A DNA stretch of 64,000 nucleotides from Vermamoeba vermiformis (GCA_045837725.1 JBEWZL010000216.1:248001-312000), one strand, 5' to 3'. Numbered from the stretch's first letter, positions 1 to 11,374 are shown. Notes: generated from the sequence alone by a model not told the origin. Program-made: numbers and translations.

Positions 1-882
1 CGTTACAGGTGTCGTACCATTTCCGATTGAATTTGATTTCGAAATTGCTCATCTGGACAGATTCTTCCAGATCTCGACCTAAATCTGGATAAATTTTTAT
101 TTGTGCATTATTCGTAGGGAGAAATCGCCAAAGACGCGACCGAGACAGTGCAGTACGTTAGCTCCTTTACGGGTAAGCTCTCATATTAAGTTTTTCGGCT
201 CGATTACTAGATTAGGCCTTGCAACTTTTTACGCGCTGGATCTTACTCCCGGGTAATACTAATCATTTAATATCGATGCAGTACGCGAGACATTATTGAT
301 CAACAGCGATCTGAATCCAGAAGAGCCGATTTACACTCCCGTGCACTTCTCTCGTACAACCAAGGAGCAGATCGGGATTAGAAGAAGATCTCGATACCAA
401 CAAGACGGAAGATGATCGAATCAACATACCGATGGCCATAAGCACGTGTTTATGTCTTTGTTTGCTATTGAATGACGCCTCAGAGATAAATATCACGTTG
501 GAATAATGACAGAAGATTTTTTGGTCTAATTTTAACTCCACCGCTGAATTTCGTCAGATCTATAAAGAATCTACCTAAGGGACGACTCCTAAGCGTCGGT
601 TGAACGTTCTTTAATCCTTGGCAGCGGATCTACTCCAGAAACACAAAGATCCGGCAGATTTTTGAGATCACCCGACCGCCAACGTTATGATGCCTTCTTA
701 CCAGCACTCGATACTGAAAAACGGAAGAGCGTCATGTCGGGACATTGGGGTGTAATTGCTCCTATTTTTGTTATGTTTCCAAATATAGAAGTGGTTTTTT
801 TTCTACCTTTCCTTTTCTTTCATTTATTCAAACAAGACAGAGAGCAAGAACATAAGAGCCGAATCGGTTTTTGTTCGGCAAA

Positions 883-3562
883 ATGACTACGTCGCACCAC
901 GTTACGCTCAAGGACTTGCTGGAGCTTGGTCTGATCAAGAGCGGAGAAGAGATCACGTTCAAAAACGAGCAAGGTAAATTCTCATTTCGTCTTGCTCGGC
1001 TTTTGAGTTTCAGATCGATACCAAGAGCCGATAAAAAGACAAGAGAGAGTGACATTTCCACAAATCTGAATCATTTCTTAGTAAATGATTCTTTCTGGAA
1101 TGACGATCTTTTTGATCTAATCTGACCGATCTGTTTACAGGCCTTATCTCCGACGCTGGTAACATCAATTACAAAGGACGCGACTTCACTTCTTTGTCCA
1201 ATTGGGCTAAGGAGGTTGCTTCCAAGATGGGACTAAGTAAACACTACAATGGATGGAAAGTTGTTTACATCAAGGACAAGCCTCTTTCGTACTTTAGAGA
1301 TCTATTCTATAGCATGAAGGGAGAGGGCAAGCCGATATCAATTACAATGGACGATGAGCCCGTGCTCAAACGAAAGCGGAGTGTTAGTGATATGTCGCAC
1401 AAAAGGCCGCTGATGAGCTTCGCGGATTCTGATGAGGAATTCGACGAAGAATACGACGACGGAGACATGTTTATGCCTCGTAAGCGATTCAGAAGAGACA
1501 GTGTCGCCTCAGCCACAGAGGTATGCTTCCCAAACGAAATAATTCAAGTTGGAGAGGAAATTTCGGAGGTCCGTAGATCTTGATCTAACTTGCTTGCTTT
1601 CAGGTTCGTTCCTTTAGCGCTCCGAATGCCAATGCTTCGACAGTTGTGGCAACCGCAAAGCCTGCTCAAGCTGGCGCGAGTCCCCCAACGGCTGCTCGGT
1701 AAGTTCCATCTTAAGAGATGCGATTGTCGTTTGCGAAAACATCGCCGTTTACCGAAAATTTCGAATCTTTACCATAACTATTGCTAAATCAAGTTGTTCC
1801 CAAGAGAATTATACTTTCGTTCGAGGGATCAAAAGTTGCAATCTAACATACTTGCAAAGGTCTGGAAAGAATAATAGCAAGATGAAGCGCTGCGACATGT
1901 GTGGTACCACGGTAACTCCTCAAGTAAGTCTAAGAGTCCTTTACACCATCTGTGGGTCCAGCTTTTTATCTCCCGCCCCTGGAGATTACTAAAAAAAGAC
2001 CAAAAGTGGGAACACCTCCGCGATTAAATTTATTTGTTGCCGATATCGCGTCATATTATTATATCTCGTTGGGGATTACTCTGGATCTAATCAAATCGAT
2101 TACAGTGGCGTCGCGGACCGAACGGATCTGGAACGCTATGTAATAGCTGTGGTGTCAAGTGGTCCATTGGTCGTAGAAGAAAACGAAAGAATGGTATGTG
2201 GATGAAATTACTAACCGCCGTTTCAGTTTATTTTGAGAGCGTATTTATAGCGCCTGTCAATCACATGAGCATTACAAAAATAGTTCGTTCGCGATCTAAT
2301 ATTAGTTTTGATTTAAATAGCAGCCAAAAAGAATGCCAAGAAGGCTGGTGGACCCTTGGATATTGACGGTGAAAGCAACGATAGTTCACAAGCGGAAGAT
2401 CTGCCTGAACAACTCGCTCAGATCGCGCCTCCCGCCATCCTTGACTTTACCAACGACAACGATGAAAGTGGTTCCTACGACGACGAGCCGGCAATGCAAG
2501 ATGTTAAACAACATTTTGAGCCTATTAGAGCGCCTATGTTAGTCAATTTCAAGACTGGATCCTTGCCCCTCGAATTCGCGCAACGGTCAAAAGTCAACTT
2601 TAATTCTTCATCTGAAGTCATGGAGTCAAGCGAGTCAGATATAGAAATGGAGATTCATCAACAATATATTGCCGCAACGCTCACAGGTGAAGATCTGACG
2701 TCTGTCAAAGACGAATCCGGACTCCGCGCGCAAATCATTCAGCTCCAAAAAGAGAACTTGAAATTGCTTGAAGAGTTGGGCGAAGAACGAGGCAAGCGCA
2801 TGGAAGTTACTCAAAAGCTTTACAAGTTCAACGAGCAATACGTGCACTTCACCGAAAAGCATCAGTAAGTTTAGATCCGTCAAATTACACTTATGTTGCC
2901 TTATTTAACGAAATCGGCCCAACGGCATTCAGATATTATTGCTTTTACGTTTTACATACGAATTATTCCCATATTTATCCCGTGCTGCTTTTAATAGTAC
3001 TTTGCACGTATTCGATTGACAGAAATGCCAAATCAGATTTGCAGAATCTTATTAATAGTGATAGAGTTTTATGCATGTTTATTATAAACATCTGTTCATA
3101 TTAAGAAGTAGAACTGTGGCGATAAATCTAGCCCGAGAGTATTTTTAGATTTTTCCGTCGCTGCCAGATTTGCCTAAGTTTTCAAACTTTATTAACTCCT
3201 GTTTAATTTTTAGGAAGATACAAGCTCAGCTCGAATATATGGAGGTCGTTTCCCACAATATGGAAAAAGAGAATCGGGAAAAAGCCGCGAACGTGGAAAA
3301 ACTCAGAAAGCAGAATGCAGGCTTGACGATCGATGTCTCGCAGTTGAAGATGGAGAATGAACTGTGCAAACAACTCAATAATCAACACTGGCAAACGATC
3401 GCTAAGCAGACAACCCTCATTGAATCGAAGGATGCTGTGATCGCGCGACTGGAAGCACGGATCAAAGAACTCACCGGAGAAAGCGGGCAACACTCTAGCA
3501 GCTCTGTCGACGATGGTCAGTCAACATCGGCGGCTGACCCAGTCGAGTTAACTACTGCCTAA
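883..3562 (+). CDS. RAMA-domain + GATA zinc-finger + coiled-coil nuclear protein (7 exons)
   Basis: The spliced N-terminus VTLKDLLELGLIKSGEEITFKNEQ|GLISDAGNINYKGRDFTSLSNWAKEV...YNGWKVVYIKDKPLSYFR fits a RAMA domain (MPND-type). CDMCGTTVTPQ|WRRGPNGSGTLCNSC is a C-x2-C-x18-C-x2-C GATA finger. The C-terminus is a heptad-rich coiled coil. GT-AG introns join the exons in frame (e.g. 974-1140, 1521-1603). Confidence 0.85.
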
Positions 3563-4608
3563 AGCGAGGTAACAGCAGATTTGATCTAGAGTAGATCTTT
3601 TCTGCAGGACCTCTCCCAAGCGACCCCACTGCACAATTCCACCTGTAACATATTCCTCCTGTTTGCTGGTACGCTCAGCGGCGTATTTACCGAACGGACG
3701 CTCGTAAGATCCAAGAAGAGCTGATCAGTTTCCTAATTTGTACATACTCTAACCACTTGCGAACTATTGTATTATACACGAACTAGCATTATACATACTG
3801 CACTACCATCACTTTTTGTACCTTACTCTTGTAAATAAAGATCCGAAAATGTACCATGATCGTTCCCAAATTAGCGACCATTAAGTAATCATATACTAAA
3901 CTTTATTTAGGGCAAGTATCGGGCAATGAATCATTAATAAAGCACGACCAATTAAGCAAGCTCGAACAGCAGGAGCGTAAGCTCTCTGGTCTTTGAGCGA
4001 TCTAGCACAAATTCATCGCAGATCGAAGAATCCATCCAGATGGATAATACCGCGAAACAAGTAGGACGGCGGAAGATAGCGCTTTAAACAATGCTTATAC
4101 TCCGCTGAAGGCACAAGAAGTTCATCTAATCAATCCGATTATGCAGATTGTCGTAACGATGGTAAAGAATAGGAATTGCACTCGATATTGAACGCTTATA
4201 TAGCAGTCGACGGCTTCCTGCACTTGAAGCACGAGTCGACGGTAATCAGATGCATCTAATTGATGCAAAGTCATAAAGTCTTTGGATGAGAGCAAATTTT
4301 GCGTAGGAATTACCTCCAACATTGCTTTTTCATACGGATAAGATTGCCGTACCGGTTCGCACGAGCGAAACCGTGAAGCCGGTTATCCGCTCTGAGCACT
4401 TAGGGTCAGATTTCTTGAGTAATCCGTTGTACAACGTGGAACAGTTGTAGAATAGGAACTTACTTTAAAGTCACATCAAATATGAAGTATTTCATTGCGA
4501 TGAATTGCTAATTAATATGAAATTCTAGCGAGAAAAAGTCCACGTGCTCGTTAGCCGAAAATTGCTTCAATGAAATCGCTTTATACATTCTCAACAATAT
4601 ATACAAAT

Positions 4609-5931
4609 ATGGAATCACTCAAACAACATTTATTACCTGTCCTTACGAGTGCTATTCTGACTGCTTCGGGGCTGGCGATCTGGCAGTCAGCGAAACGCTT
4701 CATCCCAAAGGAGAAGCAACGAGGTACTTTTAAAAGGTAAAAAATACTCATGCGTGATCGTACAATCGGTTACAATGTTAGAGAATTGTGTCATATTTAC
4801 ACAGCTGCATCTGATCTTTCAAATAACCAAAAATTCGTCTGGCTTTCGAATATTCATAAAAATATTATCAATAATTTATTTTATGATTAAAAATAACAGA
4901 AAAGCGACTTAATAAATCGTAGAGTAACTACAACCTTATTTAAATTTTTTGATTTTTTAAAGACGATTTCAATTCCGAATTTGCTTGCACCTCCTTCACA
5001 TTTACCTAAACTTATTTATTGGTATATTAATATTTATTCATTTTAAAGGAACATTGGCACCCGAGAGTACCTCATCCATGTCCCCGAAAGTCTCGACTCA
5101 GTGTACAACGTAGACCGTCGTGTTGGCGTCATATTTTGTTTTCATGGCATGTACGGCACTGCCCACCAATTTGCATATGAAGCAACTAACTGGCGTGGCA
5201 TTGGCAACCACAATCGTAAGTCAGATCTGCCCTTGAACACGACTTATTTTTTTCTCTTCTTCGTGTAACTTGAGTACGTGGCATAATTATCATACTGATG
5301 ATTGTGTTATAGATTGTATAGTAGTATTCCCACAAGCTAAAGGTGCATACAAAAGTGAATGGATCGCACAAGACACGCACTGGGAGATCACTGACGGCAA
5401 GAAGGGCGGAGAACAAGGTACGATTAGAACATAGATAAATATACAATGTAATATGGAATCGTGCTAATGAGATTGATTTTTAGATTTGGCGTTCGTAAAA
5501 GCAATTTTGTATGACTTGATGTTGACGTACAAAATCGACGATCAGCGCGTGTATGCAGTGGGCTGGAAGAACGGTGCTTTGTTTGCATTGCAAGTAGCCG
5601 TCAAGTACTCATTACAATTTGCGGCAGTATGTAGTTATATGGGAGGGTAAGTCTTGAAAAGTTCGTCGGATCGACCTACTCACAACGGTTTTTTTTCAGA
5701 GTTCTCGAGAATCGGTACTTAGATCCGAAGTTGGCCAAAAGAAAAGTGCCTATAATGCTCGTAACGTCTACTTATGATGATATGAGGACTCATGTTGAAC
5801 GTGCCCAAAAAGTTTTTGAAGAAAGCGGATTCCCTGTGACCCTCGAAATGATGCCGCGAGGTAACGATTACGATTTTGAAATTGAAGCCAAAATTTGGAA
5901 ATTTTTTGATAAGAACGCGATGCCATATTAA
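4609..5931 (+). CDS. LpqC/PHB-depolymerase-like alpha/beta hydrolase, probably catalytically inactive, with N-terminal hydrophobic anchor
   Basis: Spliced motifs REYLIHVP, VIFCFHG, IVVFPQA, DLAFVKAIL and IDDQRVYAVGWKNG match the esterase_PHB/LpqC pattern. The nucleophile elbow reads GWKNG rather than GxSNG. Confidence 0.75.
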
Positions 5932-6489
5932 TTGTGGAGTCAATTGTATTTAGTACCAAATAACAAAACATTTTGCAACGCTGTAACTTGTTCTCCGAGT
6001 TAGACAAAAAAAATCACCTATTTGTTAATAAGCTTAGTATAGAAAATAATATTTAAATCAGCGTGCTGCCCGAATTATACTCAAATATTTTTGCGGATCC
6101 AAGATTAGGTTGTTTCTTCATATTAGCCAATCTAGCGTTCATTAATCGATTGCCATAATGTCTTTAATTTGTCCCTCGTATCAGTGTTCTCAAAGACCAT
6201 TCGTGTTTGGATGCGGTGAGATTCGATTTTGTACCAAAAAAAGATTCTGCCCCATGATATAAAATTATTAAAATAATAATTAATATGGGGGAAGATACGG
6301 TTCTTGTGGTGCTCTTTACTCGTGCGAGGCTATTATTTATATTTTCGTAGCATTCTGTAAGTCGCGGATTTTTCAGTGAATTCTCAAAAACACGAAGATT
6401 TTTTTCTGTTCTTTTCGCCCCAATTCAATTTCAATTCATTCAATTAACCTAACGCAAACTACTACACCACAACTCATATTTTGTTCAAT

Positions 6490-6996
6490 ATGGTTCGTAC
6501 ACACGCTACTCCTCTGCAAAAGTTTGTTTTGCAACCCAATGTTCACCATCTGCTCAGAGAATTGCAGCGAGAGCACCCAAAATTAGCTCCGTATAGTAGC
6601 GAAGACAAAATTAAAGAAAGCAAATCACAATGGCGCGCGAGAGTAGCGACGATGAAGTACAGATTCGGCAAAGACATTTCCAGAAACGAATTTGACCAAC
6701 AGAATCTTCAAAATAAAATGAAAGAAGCCAAACAAAATAAGAAAAATACATCTGGATTCAAATTTACTATTGATAACAAAATTATTCAAGAATTTACGCA
6801 CGAAAAAGAAGATGCGAAAACTTTACCCGGAGAAGTCGATTCAAACTCACCAACCAGCCGAAAGCACCCTATTGACAGCTATTCAAGAATTGTTCATACG
6901 TCAAGCAAGCCGAAGCAGGACGACATTCGTATCCCGGAGCTCGATTCAGATCTCGTAGCGTCACTGCTGAAAGAGATCTCGCTCGTAAGCAAATAA
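6490..6996 (+). CDS. hypothetical basic protein (~168 aa, single exon)
   Basis: Open ORF from the ATG at 6490, followed by AT-rich 3' sequence. No recognisable domain. Confidence 0.55.
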   Translation: MVRTHATPLQKFVLQPNVHHLLRELQREHPKLAPYSSEDKIKESKSQWRARVATMKYRFGKDISRNEFDQQNLQNKMKEAKQNKKNTSGFKFTIDNKIIQEFTHEKEDAKTLPGEVDSNSPTSRKHPIDSYSRIVHTSSKPKQDDIRIPELDSDLVASLLKEISLVSK

Positions 6997-7073
6997 TTAT
7001 TCGGTAGTTGTTTGCATGTAAATAAATTTGATGTTAAGGTATTATTTTACATGATTATAGTTTTCTTTTTTAT

Positions 7074-8252
7074 TCAGCAACTATTAGTCCAATAGATCAA
7101 GCTGGCGAAGTCTTTTACAATACCCGGAAAAGCTACAAAACTGAACATATGGCGCCATACATCTTTTGGCAGCCTTTCAAGGAACGATTTGCTCTTTGAA
7201 ATCATTGCGATCGTTTGCAAGGTGTTGGTTACGTTCAATCTTTGCTCCAATTTGTTTCGTTCAGTGAACGTCTGGCTAAGATTACTAATCTCGGGAATGA
7301 CATTCGTTATATTCTTGCATAATGAAAATGTTGTCAGACTGCGATTAACTGCCATCATGTCTTTGAGCAGATCCAAATCCATCAACGGTGCAGGATACTC
7401 GTCCACAGCTTCGTACGTAATATCGAGCTCTGTTAATGATTGATTGTGTTTCAGTGAATCCCAGATCGGGTTCAGTGAAAAAAATTCGAACTGAGTGAAT
7501 CTGAGGATGCGTAAAGTGTCGTTGTTTTTCAACACTTCTGCGATTGATTCTATCGTCTTTTCTGACGCTGAATTTCCTCGAAAATCAACTGAAGTTATTG
7601 ATCGGTTATTTTGGAGGACTGGTAGTACTCCATCAATCGCACATTCATTGTCTCGCAGATCCAATTCTTTCAAATGAGTGTTCTGAGCCAATCCTTCAGC
7701 TATATATTTCGCTTCTTGTGCGTCATTCTTGGCAATGCCAGCTGCTCGCAGTCCAAAATATTCCATAGGCAAATTAGCCGCCAAAAATTTTCCAACTTGT
7801 TCTTCTTTTCCGGAGACGGCGCACATGTCAAAATGCAACGCTTTCAACTGACAATTGGCGTGTACCAAGTCATTGAGAAAATCCACCAATTGGCTGCTAC
7901 TAAAAAATCCGTCTCCTAACTCGAGACGTGTTAAATTTCCTTTGACACGTGTCAAATTAACGAGCTGTTCTATGACTCCATCGTCTTCTGCCACGCCGAG
8001 AATACATAGTGTTGTGATATTATGTGCGTTTTTAACGAGATCTACTACTCTGCTCATGTACGCTAATTTCGGATATCCATAAAAGGAAACTTTAAGTCGT
8101 TTTATCCCCTGTTGTTTGACCCAATTCTTTAATAAGCCGGTGACATTTATTGTCTTTTTTTTTGATAGCTCTTCTAGTTGGCATTGGGACCACGAAAACT
8201 TCATTCCTTTAACAAAAGATAATATGCTGTGGCTACACTTTGACATTACCAA
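7074..8252 (-). CDS. RNI/NLRC3-like leucine-rich repeat protein with C-terminal F-box-like motif (paralog of 16412-18113; start uncertain)
   Basis: RI-type LRRs: LAQNTHLKELDLRDN, LQNNRSITSVDFRGN, LKNNDTLRILRF, LKHNQSLTELDI. C-terminal motif LERLPKDVWRHMFSFV. Confidence 0.8.
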   Translation of the reverse strand: MVMSKCSHSILSFVKGMKFSWSQCQLEELSKKKTINVTGLLKNWVKQQGIKRLKVSFYGYPKLAYMSRVVDLVKNAHNITTLCILGVAEDDGVIEQLVNLTRVKGNLTRLELGDGFFSSSQLVDFLNDLVHANCQLKALHFDMCAVSGKEEQVGKFLAANLPMEYFGLRAAGIAKNDAQEAKYIAEGLAQNTHLKELDLRDNECAIDGVLPVLQNNRSITSVDFRGNSASEKTIESIAEVLKNNDTLRILRFTQFEFFSLNPIWDSLKHNQSLTELDITYEAVDEYPAPLMDLDLLKDMMAVNRSLTTFSLCKNITNVIPEISNLSQTFTERNKLEQRLNVTNTLQTIAMISKSKSFLERLPKDVWRHMFSFVAFPGIVKDFASLIYWTNSC

Positions 8253-8261
8253 ATTTAGTTA

Positions 8262-10781
8262 TTATATACAAGTAGTTTCACAACGCTCTTTGAAGTCCTC
8301 TGGAATAGGACATTTGAACGGATTGCCTTTGGCATAGCAGGACAGTGAGTCCGTAAGTTTGTGATCCAATGTTGCAGACACAGATGTAAACTGATTGTTG
8401 ATTATATCGATGTAAGTATAGTATCCTAATGGCAGATAAAATTCGCCGCAAAAAGAATTATTTGTCAGCGTTACGGATAGCCAGATATGTGAGTTAGCCA
8501 GAAATATCTCATTCAACTTAGGAATGGATCCGGCGAGCAAATTGTTGGCCAAATTTAACATAGATATACTCGTATTGGCAAGGCTTGGTACTATTCCGGT
8601 TAGAGTATTGTAGGATAAATCCAAAGCTTTCAAACGTGTCATTTGTGAAATTTCGTTTGGGATAGTTCCGTACAATCCACTGTGCCTAGCGCTGCACTTC
8701 TCGAGGATTTCGAGATTTGCAATCTGAGGAGGCATCGTCCACGACAAGTGGGCATTGTCACTGAGGTCCAGATCTATCAACGAAGACAGTGAAAAGAGCT
8801 CCAAGGGCACTGTCCCCGTGACACTTAAGCCAACAAGTGACAGTCTAACAAGATTAGTTAGATTGCCAATTGATGCTGGAATAGTTCCATGTAATCCAGT
8901 GCCTGAGATGTACAGAATTTTGAGCTTGTCTAGTCTGCCTATCGAGTTGGGCAATGTTCCGACCAATCCAGCCTCTTTGAAATTTAACGCAACAACTCGC
9001 AAGTTGTCATTACAGGTCACATACGGCCATTCACAAACTGAGATATTTGGTGAATTGATGGGAAGGCTCCAATTCTTGCCACCAGCAGCGTCATATAGTT
9101 CGAGTAAGACATCTTGATCCATCGATGGAAACAACGGCGGATCTGCTGGGACTTCAGTCGGGATTGAAGAAGCCAATGGAAGAGTTGGCACGTCAGGACT
9201 TATTGGACTGCTAGTAGTTGGCGTCGAGTGCATTAATGGCACGACAAAAAATGTTGCAATTGCAATGCTGACTAACAACAAAACTGCCAATGAGCTGGCG
9301 ATAATGCATCGAATCCATTGATAGCGATGTCGATTAATAGCACGAGCCGCCGTGTCCTCGTTGTTTTTCTTCTCTGCCTTCACAAATTCAGCGTACATTG
9401 CGTCAATAATTTGGTGCAACTGACTCGCATCCGCTTTCATGTCACTAATGTCTCTGAAGTTCTGTTTAATTGACTCGCTCAGGTATGGTATCAATGACTC
9501 GTAGTCGACGTGTAGAATGCCTATAATAGTGTGAGAAAGTCAACGGAGCAAACAGTCAGTTCGTACCATCGATCAGTTGCACCGCTTCAGGCACGACACG
9601 CTGGATCTGTTGTGCAATGTAACCGACGAATCTCTTATTGACTTGTGCATTAGTGGCGCCCTTCTTGAACTTATAGTCGACTCCATCGATCTTGAGCAAA
9701 ACTGCACGTGGATCCCGGTCGTTCTCGATGAGCAAGTGAACATCTTCTTTTATTCGAGCATCAGATGCCTTGTAGAAATTCAACGCCCTGAAATTTCCAA
9801 TCACTTCTGCATTGCCGTCGTAGAGCACCATATATTGCGAGGATTGGTCGCTGTGTTCGTTTTGATTAATAAAAAAATTTAAATTCGAAGTACGTACTTT
9901 CCGCTGATCTGCTCGGGCTCTATCATTCCATAACTTGCTTGACTATAGTAATTAAATATTAGATTAACGGTAATAACGTAAAGCAATACGAATAATTGTA
10001 CGTACGATACTGGAATAAGAGAAATATTGTCCGAATCCGCTTCATTGCTGAGACCCTGAAATAGGTCGTCTGAGTCGTTCAAATTAGCCATAACGCTGTC
10101 TTCATCGTCAAAATCTTCAGGAGACAAGTCAACGGGTTCAGTCAGCAGAGGGGACTTGGATGTGCCTTGATCTTCGGGTAACAACCAACAAATCGGAATT
10201 ATTGCTAGATAATTGCATAAATTATTATGTAATATAATCAAATAAATACGAGAATTTAATCGTCTTGCAAACAAAATACGTATTTTTACATGATTATTTA
10301 AATCATGGATCTAGGCCTTACCATTAGTACTGTCATCAGCCTCTTCTGCAATACGTTTTTTTGGAAGCACTCTACAGGGTGGAGATAGTCCAGTGCTTAG
10401 CAGAACATTGTTTGCAAAACAACGAACAACAAATCTGATCGATCTGTGCTTCACTCGTCTAAAATCGAATGTTCCAGTCGGAATCTTCAATCTACATATC
10501 AGAACTTCTGTAATTAAAGAGTTTTGTTGCTTTTGGAACTGATACGGCGTTCTTTTTGCCCACGCGAGACCACCAGAAATTATTCGCTCTGAACCTCCAT
10601 CGTCTTGAACCATCTGAATCTGATAATGATAGTAATCGGTAGTATTTACTCGGGATAAAGTCAATCCTATACTTGGAGACGACGTTTGAGTGAAATCAAA
10701 CGAATCCACAGCGCTAGCGAGTGGAATCACCACTTGAAAGTTGTTTAAAACGTGAAGTTGAACGCTTGTGGTATCCATCAT
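8262..10781 (-). CDS. MYRF/MrfA-like membrane-tethered protein: putative Ig-fold DNA-binding domain + peptidase S74 (ICA) autocleavage domain + coiled coil + TM + plant-type LRR ectodomain (~737 aa, 5 exons)
   Basis: Exons 10781-10322, 10171-10006, 9942-9898, 9850-9567 and 9520-8262 join in frame through GT-AG introns. S74 motifs: GNAEVIGNFRALNFYKA-SDARIKEDV, GYIAQQIQRVVPEAV, ILHVDYESLIPYL. TM helix: IIASSLAVLLLVSIAIATFFVVPL. LRR N-cap VLLELYDAAGGKNW...VCEWPYVTC followed by LxGxIPxxIGxLxxL repeats. Confidence 0.85.
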
Positions 10782-10944
10782 TCATTTATTAATAAAAGAC
10801 GCACCCTGATTACTTGGAATTTCTTCTTGAGGAACTTGCATCCGTTGCACATGTTCCTCAATCTTACCGCAGCCAATTTTACGCTAAATTAATATAATTT
10901 GACTTGTGCAGCCATAAAATAATTTACTTAATTAATCTTACAGC

Positions 10945-11193
10945 TTAGAAATAACTGCTTGTCTTCGTATCTCCGATCTGAGTGACTTTTCCAAACGAAA
11001 TTGTTACTTTCTTATCGCCAATCTTGTCTATTTGGCCAAATGAATAGGTAACTTCGTCATCACCGATCTTGGCTATTTTATCAAAGCTATAAACGACTTT
11101 ATGAGGCCCAAACGCGCTCCATTTGCCAAAACTCTTCGTGCAACGTCCGTATACTTTCTCCAAGGCCCTCTTTAAGTCCTCTGTATCGCTCAT
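10945..11193 (-). CDS. 82-aa microprotein with 15-aa (V/I)xYSFGK(V/I)xKIG repeats, family copy 1
   Basis: Intronless ORF with 4-5 tandem 15-aa repeats. Three paralogs lie elsewhere in the window. Confidence 0.8.
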   Translation of the reverse strand: MSDTEDLKRALEKVYGRCTKSFGKWSAFGPHKVVYSFDKIAKIGDDEVTYSFGQIDKIGDKKVTISFGKVTQIGDTKTSSYF

Positions 11194-11374
11194 ATTGTTG
11201 CTAGGTCAAGGTTGTTGCGAAAATGAAAAACTGAAGTCACGATCTTGGGACTGGCCCGTAAAATTCAATCAATAAGTGAGTTTATTTAATCTGATGCAGG
11301 ATTACATCAAATCATAATTGTACAATTTGATTTTTCCACAAAAAAATGGCAACGGTTTGAAAAACTAAAATTTT

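Noticed and set aside
3950-4500. Possible small minus-strand spliced gene (MKYFIFDVTLK..., ORF 4122-4322)
   Set aside because: Splice-like signals exist, but I could not build a consistent in-frame model or recognise a domain.
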